NCBI GenBank assembly: GCA_002269645.1
Contig: NIVC01000980.1
Span: forward strand, 1 to 64,000
Source: Macrostomum lignano
Lineage: Eukaryota
Direction of reading: 5' to 3'
DNA length: 64,000 nucleotides
A program made the translations under genes and the position numbers. The notes beneath the pieces are model-generated. The model made no database searches. It was given only the letters and a program-made list of their open reading frames with translations, and was not told the DNA's origin. Shown here piece after piece: positions 48,794 through 64,000 of the stretch (position 1 is the first letter of the stretch; the number at the start of each line of letters is the position of its first letter).

Positions 48794-49567
48794 CTATTGG
48801 AATCCCTATTGGAATAAGTTGACAAAACGTGGACGACCATCCGTCGCATTTTTGGATTCTCCTGGTGTCGCGTCGCGCGACAGTGGTGTCAAGTGGTGTG
48901 TCGCGTCATGCGACACTGTGGAAACCTGGTGTCATCATGCGTCGTGTCGCGCGACACGACACAACGAGACGCAAAAGTGTGGCAACTTGGCGGCTGGTGT
49001 CGTCATGTGTCGCGTTGCGGCCTAGATCTGCAGGCTGCAGCCAAAACCTCACAAACTGTGTTTCATTGTAATAATATGTTCACGGTTGTTTCTCGGTATT
49101 TAAATGTTTCAAACATGTTTGATAAAAACTAATTCTTGAATTGTTCTTTTTATTTTGACGGTAAAATAACTAATACTTCAAATATAATTTTTAGAAATGT
49201 TACTTGTTAGTTACAATGCATGCACCGTTTTTCTAACTGTTGTACCTTTGCTGTTTTACTGTTTATTGTTTTTAAATTTCATTTCTTTTTCCGCAAAATT
49301 GAAAGGAATACTCTCGTCCCTTGCTCCATGGTCTTGGTGTCGGGAGCGAACGGCAGAACGAGAATTGTCAATTGCAACGTGGCTGCTGTGGCGTCCTCCC
49401 CCCCCCCCCCTGGTCATTCGGTCAACAGACATCGGTGTTGTGTCGCGCGTCGCCGCCCCCCAGTCAACAAAATTTGGTGTCGCGTCGCACTTTTGAGGGC
49501 ACAATTTTGGCACCCGTGTCGCGCGTCCGCGGGTTTTTGAAACTTATTCCAATAGGGATTGGAATAG
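48794..49567. mobile_element. ~770-bp non-autonomous TIR element with CpG-rich subterminal repeats
   Basis: 27-bp TIRs CTATTGGAATCCCTATTGGAATAAGTT / AACTTATTCCAATAGGGATTGGAATAG (2 mismatches); many GTGTCGCG/CGCGACAC motifs near both ends; AT-rich core. Confidence 0.7.
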
Positions 49568-49760
49568 CAAGTATTTTTTCCAAATTATTGGCTATTAGTA
49601 CTTTTTCTAAAATATCATTGCCAATGCAAACATTAGATATTTATTAATAGATATATTATTTTTTTCTCAAAACAAAAATTTATGCTGGGACAGTGATGTA
49701 GATACAATCAATTGAATTGGATTTGTCAAGCAGTTTGTTCAATTCCTGGCCTCACTGGAC

Positions 49761-54170
<4,410 letters not shown>

Positions 54171-54299
54171 GCTGCACGGCAAGTTTTCGAATAATAAATT
54201 CGCACGGATATCACCATAGCAACCGTAACAAATAGGTTATCCCCGGTAATTTATTTGAAGCACTCCGATGCCGTCTTAGCTTAATAGAAAGATAAATTG

Positions 54300-55130
54300 T
54301 TTAGTTTCCATGGCAACATGAATATTGATTCGCTTCCTATGTAGGTTTGAATTGGTTTCCATGGGAACATGAATATCGGTTAGCTTCCTATGTAGGTTTG
54401 AATTGGTTTCCATGGCAACATGAATATCGATTCGCTTCCTATGTAGGTTTGAATTGGTTTCCATGGCAACATGAATATCGGTTAGCTTCCTATGTAGGTT
54501 TGAATTGGTTTCCATGGCAACATAAATATTGATTCGCTTCCTATTTAGGTTTGAATTGGTTTCCATGGGAACATGAATATCGGTTAGCTTCCTATGTAGG
54601 TTTGAATTGGTTTCCATGGCAACATGAATATCGATTCGCTTCCTATGTAGGTTTGAATTGGTTTCCATGGCAACATGAATATCGGTTAGCTTCCTATGTA
54701 GGTTTGAATTGGTTTCCATGGCAACATAAATATTGATTCGCTTCCTATTTAGGTTTGAATTGGTTTCCATGGGAACATGAATATCGGTTAGCTTCCTATG
54801 TAGGTTTGAATTGGTTTCCATGGCAACATGAATATCGATTCGCTTCCTATGTAGGTTTGAATTGGTTTCCATGGCAACATTAATATTGGTTAGCTTCCTA
54901 TGTAGGTTTGAATTGGTTTCCATGGCAACATGAATATCGATTCGCTTCCTATGTAGGTTTGAATTGGTTTCCATGGCAACAGTAATATTAGTTAGCTTCC
55001 TATGTAGGTTTGAATTGGTTTCCATGGCAACATAAATATCGATTCCCTACATGGATTTTAATTTGTTTCCATGGCAACATGAATATCGATGCGCTCCCTA
55101 TATAGATTTGAACTGGTTTCCATGGCAATC
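54300..55130. repeat. 51-bp tandem repeat, ~16 copies, each with an RFX X-box-like palindrome
   Basis: Unit contains GTTTCCATGG(C/G)AAC every 51 bp from 54304. Confidence 0.95.
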
Positions 55131-55949
55131 GGAGTGTTTGTCCTTGTCGCTAGAAATGCTAATCCATATTAAAATCAATTTTAATTTGCACCCGATTCCA
55201 CAGTAATAAAACCTTGTCTACCTGATTTTGCTTTTGTTCTGCTTGTGCCCATCTCCTCTGCTCAAAACACAGCCGTTGAAAAAAGGAGCTCATAGTTTTA
55301 CACTTCCATCTATTTTCGTTGGCATCTCAGAAAAACTTTAACTGATAGATTTGTTTTACTTTTATTTTCGCTAACTGCACTTTTGCCGCCTGCTAATAGT
55401 AGTGCATGATAATAGAACATGAACCTGTACTTTAATAATATCAGTTTCTATCGATATTTCTCGCAGACAGGACAAGGCCCTTCCTGCCTCTAAGATATCT
55501 GTTTTGATTTTGTAAAGAAGAAATAACGAAGGAAACAACTTAAGTTTGAGGCTGGCCTCCATAATTATCGCATATATTTATTCGCGTAAAATTTTTATTT
55601 ATAACTTAAACTCATTATCTGCCTACACCTGCCTTTGACCGGAAGAGAATGTGTACAAAACCTTTTTTGATTGCTCGTACAAAAACATTTAACAGAGTGA
55701 CTGAATCGAAGTTAACTGCAACCATTTTAGAGTCATTTTTTCATTTCTATTCAGGTCGGACATGCCGGTCGGTGTCCCACGTGTGATAGGCTGACTTCAG
55801 TTTAACAAAACCTCGTCTAATTCTCTACTTTGTCAGTCCTTTGATCTCTCGAGTTTTTTTAATATATTAATTCATGAAGCGCCTCGTGCTAAGGAAGATA
55901 ATGGCTCTTTGTTTCAGTTGTCTTTGTTTGTTTTTTACACTTACAGTGA

Positions 55950-56615
55950 GATTTCGTAGCTGCAATTGATGATTTTGTGACATTTTGTAGCTGCAATTGA
56001 TGATATTGTGACATTTTGTAGTTGCAATTGATGATATTGTGACATTTTGTAGCTGCAATTGATGATATTGTGACATTTTGTAGCTGCAATTGATGATATT
56101 GTGACATTTTGTAGCTGCAATTGATGATATTGTGACATTTTGTAGCTACAATTGATGATATTGTGACATTTTGTAGCTGCAATTGATGATATTGCGAGAT
56201 TTTGTAGCTGCAATTAATGCTATTGCGAGATTTTGTAGCTGCAATTGATGATATTGTGACATTTTGTAGCTGCAATTGATGATATTGTGACATTTTGTAG
56301 CTACAATTGATGATATTGTGACATTTTGCAGCTGCAATTGATGATATTGTGACATTTTGTAACTGCAATTGATGATATTGTGACATTTTGCAGCTGCAGT
56401 TGATGATTTTGTGACATTTTGTAGCTGCAATTGATGATATTGTGACATTTTGTAGCTGCAATTGATGATATTGTGACATTTTGTAGCTGCAATTGATGAT
56501 ATTGTGACATTTTGCAGCTGCAGTTGATGATTTTGTGACATTTTGTAACTGCAATTGATATTGTGACATTTTGTAACTGCAATTGATATTGTGACATTTT
56601 GTAACTGCAATTGAT
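55950..56615. repeat. 31-bp tandem repeat, ~21 copies
   Basis: TTTTGTAGCTGCAATTGATGATATTGTGACA. Confidence 0.96.
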
Positions 56616-57319
56616 ACTCGCAGAAGTATGGGACCTGCTACTCAAACTGTTCAAGTAGTCCCCGCTGTGAGGTTTTGTTACTGCAATTTTGTCTGCACTT
56701 CAACTAGAATTTTTTTACCCTATCTACATCTACATGCACATGTAGAAGACAAGTTTAGCTTGTATATTAATTACATGTTATGCCTACTAACTAGATAATC
56801 ATGAGTAGTGAGTTAGGCATTCGAGCAAAAATATGCAGTTGGGCATTTAAAGGTGATTTTTAGATTTAATAATGTGCGCCAGTATAGACGATTTTCTCTT
56901 TTTCTCTTAGTTTAGTTTAACCAGCTGGTATTTCTCTGCAGTTCCTTGTTGAGGATTTCTATTTGCAATGACATTAGTGCCGCACTTGAGTCATTCTCTG
57001 CTTGCGCTGTGGTCACTAAAATTAAGTCTAAAATTTTTAGTATTATTCAGTATAAATTCTGCCAGTCAGACCGGAAATCACCGGCTTCAGCTAAACTGTC
57101 TGCCCGTTAAAACCTCAGTCAGTAAAAAAAGATTGGTGGCTGAGCGTGAAATTTTTGTGCAACTAAGATTAGTTGACTACACCATATGACCGTTCCTGCT
57201 TCCTGACATTTTCAGTATCCATCTCTCTATCTGCCTATCTATCCATCTATCTATCTATCTATCTATCCATCTCTCTATCTGCCTATCTATCCATCTATCT
57301 ATCCATCTATCTATTTTTA

Positions 57320-57649
57320 TTAGAGGCAGGGGGGTTGTGTGCACCCTGGCGCACTTAAAGCGACATGGGCACACAACCGGCGAGAGGCATTACTGCCCAT
57401 TCCGCCGACTCCCCTGAGCAGGCATACAAGCGCGCGGATACAGGAGTGTACTGCGGCCCTAACTTTATATTATCGTTAGGCATGTACACTTCACTGCGCC
57501 TTGGGGGGTTGGCTCTCAAGGCCGTTAATTGCACGAGCAGAGCCAAGCCGAGATTCCAATTCAGCCCCAAATTAATGTGACTGCACTTGGAATCGAGCCT
57601 GGGTCGCTGGCACACCAGAGCAGCTGCGCTACCGCTGGGCTACGGCCCC
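57320..57649 (-). mobile_element. Full-length tRNA-derived SINE-like element (~330 bp)
   Basis: Reverse complement starts GGGGCCGTAGCCCAGCGGTAGCGC..GGCTCGATTCC (A-box and B-box-like); its 3' body matches 11945-12033; an ATAG/ATGG simple-repeat tail lies at ~57230-57315. Confidence 0.75.
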
Positions 57650-57659
57650 AAAAAAAATC

Positions 57660-57660
57660 C

Positions 57661-57701
<41 letters not shown>

Positions 57702-57738
57702 CCTATCCATCTCTTTATCTATCTATCTATATCTATCC

Positions 57739-57773
<35 letters not shown>

Positions 57774-57930
57774 CATCTCTCTATCTATTTATCTATCTAT
57801 CTATCTATCTATCTATCCATCTCTCTATCTATTTATCTATCTATCTATCTATCTATCTATCCATCTCTCTATCTATTTATCTATCTATCTATCTATCTAT
57901 CTATCGATCTATCCATCCATCCATCCATCC

Positions 57931-57971
<41 letters not shown>

Positions 57972-57999
57972 CCTACCTATCTATCTATCTATCTACGAG

Positions 58000-58059
<60 letters not shown>

Positions 58060-58076
58060 GATCTATCCATCCATCC

Positions 58077-58149
<73 letters not shown>

Positions 58150-58335
58150 ATCCATCTCTCTATTATCTATCTATCCGTCTATCTACATGTATCTATCTAC
58201 TTCTGCCTATCTGCCTATCTATCTGTCCATCTATCTTTCTACTATCTACCTATATATCTATCTTTCTATCTATCTATATATGTATCTATCCATCTATCTA
58301 TTCATTAATCCATCCATCCATCCATCCATCTATCT
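57660..58335. repeat. (CTAT)n/(CCAT)n microsatellite
   Basis: Direct reading; a smaller block lies at 57230-57315. Confidence 0.97.
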
Positions 58336-58684
58336 ATTTATTTCTTAACCTCTCTATCTACATATATAGATAGATTAAGAATATCCACTCATTCGATAAA
58401 CTGATGCTTGAGTTCGGGCCCATGTGTATCGAAAATGTCCAAAGGAGGCGCGCAACACGTCATTTCTACACTGTAGTCAGGCCGGGCCCTTGATGCTTTC
58501 AAAAGCCATTTCGGTGATAAGCGCCAGCTTTGGATTCAATTTTTCGTAAATCCACTTCAAGTATGAAGATTACAATGACCGCTAAATAATCATTTTTATT
58601 GGTTTTTGATAAAGAAGTTACTATATAACTCCATTAATTTAAAACTGCTGTAGTCTGCTAGTTGGCCTCAGTAAGTTGCGCAAC

Positions 58685-59260
58685 TCAAATTATGCGCGCA
58701 CTACCACTGGCCGCCGAACCAAGCTGGATGCAGCAGGCCGTGCGGAGGCGGAGGCGGGGCTGCCGGGGCTCCGCGAGCGAGTCGGCCAGGCCGGCCATGA
58801 AGCCCATCCGAAAGTCGGCGTCGCTGCCGCAGAGCCTGTCGCCGAGTCGCCGCTCGCCAACCGTAGCCGCTGTCGCCGTCGTTCGCGCCCTCGCCGACGT
58901 CCTGGCTTCGTTGTCGCCGAGCTGAGCGCCGAGGGCAATCGACCTAGCGAACAGCACGCCCTCCTGGAAGGCCGCGCTGCCTGCCAGCCGCTCACCCAAG
59001 GCCGTTGCGCCGGTGTCGACGGATTCAGCGCCGCCGTCGCCCTCGTCGCGATGCTCGAAGTCCCATGGCGAGTGAGTCGCCAGCGCCTGGCGCATCCGAC
59101 CGGCCAGATAGCCTTCGAGATATTCAGCTGACTCGGCCGCTCTGACAGCGATGTCGCGGTGCAGCCGACGCTGCAGCTCGGGAAGCTGCGGCGGCCGCGG
59201 CGGTGGCGGCGGAGGCGGCGGTGGCAGTCCCAGTGGAGTAGGCGGGTTGTGGTGAGGCAT
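58685..59260 (-). CDS. Uncharacterised 191-aa protein with N-terminal poly-proline and three aromatic-x-x-G helical motifs
   Basis: ATG-to-stop ORF with the GC-rich codon style of the real exons here; TATTTAA ~45 nt upstream; motifs EYLEGYLAG, AFQEGVLFA, DFRMGFMAG. Confidence 0.6.
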   Translation of the reverse strand: MPHHNPPTPLGLPPPPPPPPPRPPQLPELQRRLHRDIAVRAAESAEYLEGYLAGRMRQALATHSPWDFEHRDEGDGGAESVDTGATALGERLAGSAAFQEGVLFARSIALGAQLGDNEARTSARARTTATAATVGERRLGDRLCGSDADFRMGFMAGLADSLAEPRQPRLRLRTACCIQLGSAASGSARII

Positions 59261-59924
59261 TTCCTATTTGACTCTGAACTGCGTTACTGAGCGCTGCTGC
59301 TTAAATACCTTTACATAGTTAAATATATCGGCCGAGTTGCATAGGCGCTACTATTACAGTAGTATGAATAGCCTAAAAACGTTAAGATCAATCGCTAACG
59401 ATAACAAATGAACTTTATAGTTTGTCATCCTTTTTAATTCGTAAGCAATGATCACATGGTACTGGCGACTGTATATTTGAATGCACCAACATTAGTCATA
59501 ACTGTTAGACAAAAGCACATTTAGAATTAATCTAGATATTGATTGAATGCGCACTGTTAGAATTGGGTGATGTGGTTGTGTCAAATACATGTACATCTAT
59601 CTAGTGCTTTAGATGAATGAATATGAAATTTAAAACTATAGTTAGTAAAATATTTTCTGCGATATCGCCAACCGAAATGGAAAGAGTCTTTTGCTCTCGT
59701 AAAGGTTTCAAAATATTTTGCCAACAACTGATGACACGGACTACATCGTCTACAGCTATGACAAACATAACAAGCTTGGATAAGAAAGTTAGCAAAAAAC
59801 AAACAAAACTCTGTGAAACAAAAAATGACAATTGAGAGAATTGTTACCCCTAATTTGGTATAGAATCTGAAACCTAAAGCAGACGCCCATATTGCACCAA
59901 CTCTCTCTCTCCCTGTATCCTGTC

Positions 59925-61056
59925 TCAATAGGAGTTCTCGTGCAGGTAGCAGGCAGCCCGTTGCACGACAGCCTCGCAGTACGGCGCCATCTCCAGCGTG
60001 CTGAAGCTCACGAGCAGCGCGGAGTTGACGGCCATCAGGCAGTACAGGTAGTCGTCATCGGCGACGCACCTGCCAAACAGCAGGCCGGGCTCCGCTCGCA
60101 ACAGCCGGTAGCGACGTCCGTGCAACGACAGGCCGGCTGAGAAGGCTTCGTGTGGGTCCAGGAAGGCGAACAGGATTGCTCGGAGCTCTGACTCGGTTGG
60201 AGTTGAGTCCGGATCTGCCGTGCTGCCCCAGAGAACTGGCGCTGGTCTGGGTGCTCGTCTGCGCGATGTTTGAGTAGCTATTGATGTTTTGGTGCTTGAG
60301 TAGCTATTGATGCTTGAGTAGCTATTGATGTTTTGGTGCTTGAGTAGCTATTGATGCTTGAGTAGCTATTGATGTTTGAGTAGCTATTGATGTTTGAGTA
60401 GCTATTGATGTTTTGGTGCTTGAGTAGCTATTGATGCTTGAGTAGCTATTGATGTTTTGGTGCTTGAGTAGCTATTGATGCTTGAGTAGCTATTGATGTT
60501 TGAGTAGCTATTGATGTTTGAGTAGCTATTGATGTTTGAGTAGCTATTGATGTTTGAGTAGCTATTGATGCTTGAGTAGCTATTGATGTTTGAGTAGCTA
60601 TTGATGCTTGAGTAGCTATTGATGTTTGAGTAGCTATTGATGTTTGAGTAGCTATTGATGTTTGAGTAGCTATTGATGTTTGAGTAGCTATTGATTTTTG
60701 GGTAGCTATTGATGCTTGAGTAGCTATTGATGTTTGAGTAGCTATTGATGCTTGAGTAGCTATTGATGCTTGAGTAGCTATTGATGCTTGAGTAGCTATT
60801 GATGCTTGAGTAGCTATTGATGTTTGAGTAGCTATTGATGTTTGAGTAGCTATTGATGTTTGAGTAGCTATTGATGTTTGAGTAGCTATCAAGTAGAATC
60901 AACTCTGAGACAAATCCCGAATCTTAGTCAATAAACTCAGCAGACAAAGGCGCACCTGGACACCACGCTGGCCACAATGTCCTCCCTTTCTGAGCAGATG
61001 TTGATCTTCAGCCATTCCTGCCACCGCTTCCTCCGCCAGTCCGAGGGCTCGCTCAT
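59925..61056 (-). CDS. Divergent profilin, 2 exons
   Basis: Exons 61056-60956 and 60258-59925 (phase 2) give MSEPSDWRRKRWQEWLKINI..VLWGST..AFSAGLSLHGRRYRLLRAE..VVQRAACYLHENSY, matching profilin motifs (W near N-terminus, xW(A/G), G(L/I)xLxGxRY, xxxLAxYL). Confidence 0.8.
60265..60890. repeat. 18-bp minisatellite filling the profilin intron
   Basis: TGAGTAGCTATTGATG(T/C)T units with occasional 7-bp insertions. Confidence 0.96.
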
Positions 61057-63260
61057 TCTCTCCGACTAGAGCCAAATTGGTCTGGTCTGTTGAGCGTCTT
61101 TCTTTGCAAATTTAGTTTTTCTTCCGCAGCAGCGCGCGCATCCAACTTTCTCGTGGCTCGGGTTTTATGCTTGCCCCTCTGCACCGCTAGCGCAACTGCT
61201 CAAGCTAATTAGACCGGACCAGCAAACGACAGTCTACTTGTAGGTAAGACTCTTCATTGTCCTAGCCCCTCTGTGTCTCTATGGCTCTTTTTTTCGGCTC
61301 TGCTTATTAAAAAAATAACCTACTCGAGCTTGAATCTTTTAGAAGCAACTCAGTGCAGTGCAAATGCAAATGGGCCCGAACTCCAATGCTTTCTACTCTT
61401 TTCTGTCTGTCTGCGTTAGATATTTTTGAGTCTTTTGTTAACTTTAGAAAGTACTAGTGCATTATGACCCCCCCCCCGCATGGTGGGCATTCAAATTAAA
61501 AATTCAAACATAGAAAGCATTATTAAAAACATTATTTTTCGAATAATTGACCCACTTCCAAATTGAATTTTTTATCGTTTGAAATTTTATATGAACACAC
61601 TAAGCCCCACATGAGAGCATTCAAATTCAAAATTCAAACGTTGAAAGCATAAAAAAATTACTCGTTCAATGAATAAAAGAACACTTGGTTTAGAGTCTCC
61701 TTTGCAATGTCTGCCCCCACTTGAAACTACAAGTACCCCAGTTACATTTGCAGCCTTCTAAATTCTTAATTAAATAACTTTTTAAATACAGTGAGCATTA
61801 GAGAGAATGAAGTATACGAGTACATTGCGCAATTACACTGACAATTCATCTAGAGCTCACCCTGCTTCCAGTACACATATATTAGCTGTTTGCGTATAAG
61901 GCCGTGTGAGTCCCTGCACATGCAACCAATAATTATTTGGCTGACTTGTTGCCCCGTGTCTGCACATCGCTCATGTACATTTTACCCCCGGAGATCTTGT
62001 CATGCCTTGCGTTGCCCGGGATTGTCCGAATCACATTTGTCTTGTGATCTCCGGCCAGAAACTGCAAACACACGGAGATTGCAAAGCCTAACACCGGGAT
62101 CACAATTTGAAAATGCCGGCATTAACCATCGAAATCCCGATCCAGCTTTGCAGTAATTCAACCATTAATTCTCTAGTAGTAGTATCTGCAGCTGAGCTAC
62201 TTGTCAGGTGAAAATCATAACCCAGTTGGCCTGCTTTGATTTATTAATCATTTAAGCATGCAGGCTAGAGAGTAGAAGGCTGGGCTGCAGGGGCAGGGAA
62301 ACAGAAGCTTTTAGCAGATCGTAAGGAGGTTTTAAGGTGTAACAATGTACATGCTGTATGCCTATGAAACCTGTGCACAGAGCCTGAAGCAATAGAAGCC
62401 AATCCCTCATCGTTTGAGATCACAGCGCTTGCCAGACGGAAGTCAAATGATTGTTAATTTGGACTCTCCCTCTATCTCAAACCCAGATAAAATCAGGGGG
62501 TCTCGACCTTGCGCAGATCAGAAGCCCCCCCCCCTATGCAAAAGACTTCATTCTCAGCACTGTCAGGACACCCTTTAGATGCCCAGCATAGGGCTGGTGG
62601 TAAAAAGTCCCTACCTTCAAAACTCCTTGGCCGTATTTAGTTCGGATTAGAACAGTGGGACCTTGCTATCGGACCACAACCCCAAGCTACAAATTATCCA
62701 TCTAGGGCGGGTGCCCCTGGGGGTACGCTTCATAAGCGCGCAGCGGCACATGCGCGCACTGGCAGAGGCGCGCACTTTTGACACGCTGTGGCATAAGCGC
62801 GCTGTCAGACTTTGGCGCAAGAGCGCATTATTTACTCGCTAAGGCAGCAGCGCGCACTTCATTTGGCGACTGACTTAATAGTGTAGAAAAATTTTAATCA
62901 AAGCTGTAGTGCACAAGGGGTGGTGGGTTAGGGTGCAAAAAGAGGTACTTTAGGCACAGTTGGCACAATTGTAAGCATGTACACTGTCGATAGATACTGC
63001 GACTTAGATAAATAAGACAATCTCAGTCTCAGTCGCAGTTGGAGTGTTTGAAACGCAATGGAGCCAATCGAAGGGAAACGAATCGGCTCAGTAGTCTATA
63101 CGCACGGCGTCTACATTTATCGGAAAGATGAGTTAGAAATGGGACAGTCAGCTATCGCTGGATATAACACAGGATTCCGGCAGCTGCTCTTTTCCTTTGA
63201 CAGATGGTGTTACATCTTTGTTCTAACATACATGTAAAGCACTGGTCGAAAGGATTTTAA

Positions 63261-64000
63261 TTTACAATCCCTTTACAATCCCTTTATAATCCCTTTACAA
63301 TCCCTTTACAATCCTTTTACAATCCCTTTACAATCCCTTTATAATCCCTTTACAATCCCTTTACAATCCTTTTACAATCCTTTTACAATCCCTTTATAAT
63401 CCTTTTACAATCCCTTTACAATCCCTTTACAATCCCTTTATAATCCCTTTACAATCCCTTAACAATCCCTTTACAATCCCTTTACAATCCCTTTACAATC
63501 CCTTTATAATCCCTTTACAATCCCTTAACAATCCCTTTACAATCCCTTTACAATCCCTTTACAATCCCTTTATAATCCTTTTACAATCCCTTTACAATCC
63601 CTTTATAATCCTTTTACAATCCCTTTATAATCCTTTTACAATCCCTTTACAATCCCTTTATAATCCTTTTACAATCCCTTTACAATCCCTTTACAATCCC
63701 TTTACAATCCCTTTACAATCCCTTTATAATCCTTTTACAATCCCTTTACAATCCCTTTATAATCCCTTTACAATCCCTTTATAATCCCTTTACAATCCCT
63801 TTACAATCCCTTTACAATCCCTTTACAATCCCTTTACAATCCCTTTATAATCCTTTTACAATCCCTTTACAATCCCTTTATAATCCCTTTACAATCCCTT
63901 GATAATCCTTTTACAATCCCTTTACAATCCCTTTACAATCCCTTTATAATCCCTTTACAATCCCTTAACAATCCCTTTACAATCCCTTTACAATCCCTTT
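63261..64000. repeat. 11-bp minisatellite running off the window end
   Basis: TTTA(C/T)AATCC(C/T) units. Confidence 0.97.

Noticed and set aside
57585-57649. tRNA gene
   Set aside because: The A and B boxes are tRNA-like but the acceptor stem does not close and the sequence continues into a dispersed repeat body; called a SINE head.
54276-58308. METNSNLHRK, CHNIINCSYK and YLSI repeat ORFs
   Set aside because: Translations of the 51-bp, 31-bp and (CTAT)n arrays.

Overview
Eukaryotic (metazoan) genomic DNA. GC-rich Ala/Gly-run exons separated by introns filled with gene-specific mini/microsatellites, plus AT-rich intergenic DNA, resemble a flatworm such as Macrostomum (inference from style only). 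Gene models were assembled by hand with GT-AG and phase checks: POLD4-like (+), tRNA-Leu(AAG) (-), 7-exon NAGPA/uncovering-enzyme-like (-) head-to-head with 7-exon ANKRD60-like (+), OXR1/NCOA7-like LysM-GRAM-TLDc (-), an intronless TRPV-like channel (-), 5-exon USP2-like deubiquitinase (+), a divergent profilin (-), and an orphan poly-Pro ORF just downstream of it. There are more than 25 tandem arrays, which explain most long ORFs in the track as artefacts, a hairpin MITE family with an 8-bp TSD, and tRNA-derived SINE-like elements. Top leads: the NAGPA homologue has lost both conserved active-site motifs but kept its fold and sorting signal; a 51-bp satellite carries about 16 RFX X-box motifs; profilin sits next to a poly-proline orphan gene; and there is a hammerhead-like RNA motif near the TRPV-like gene.
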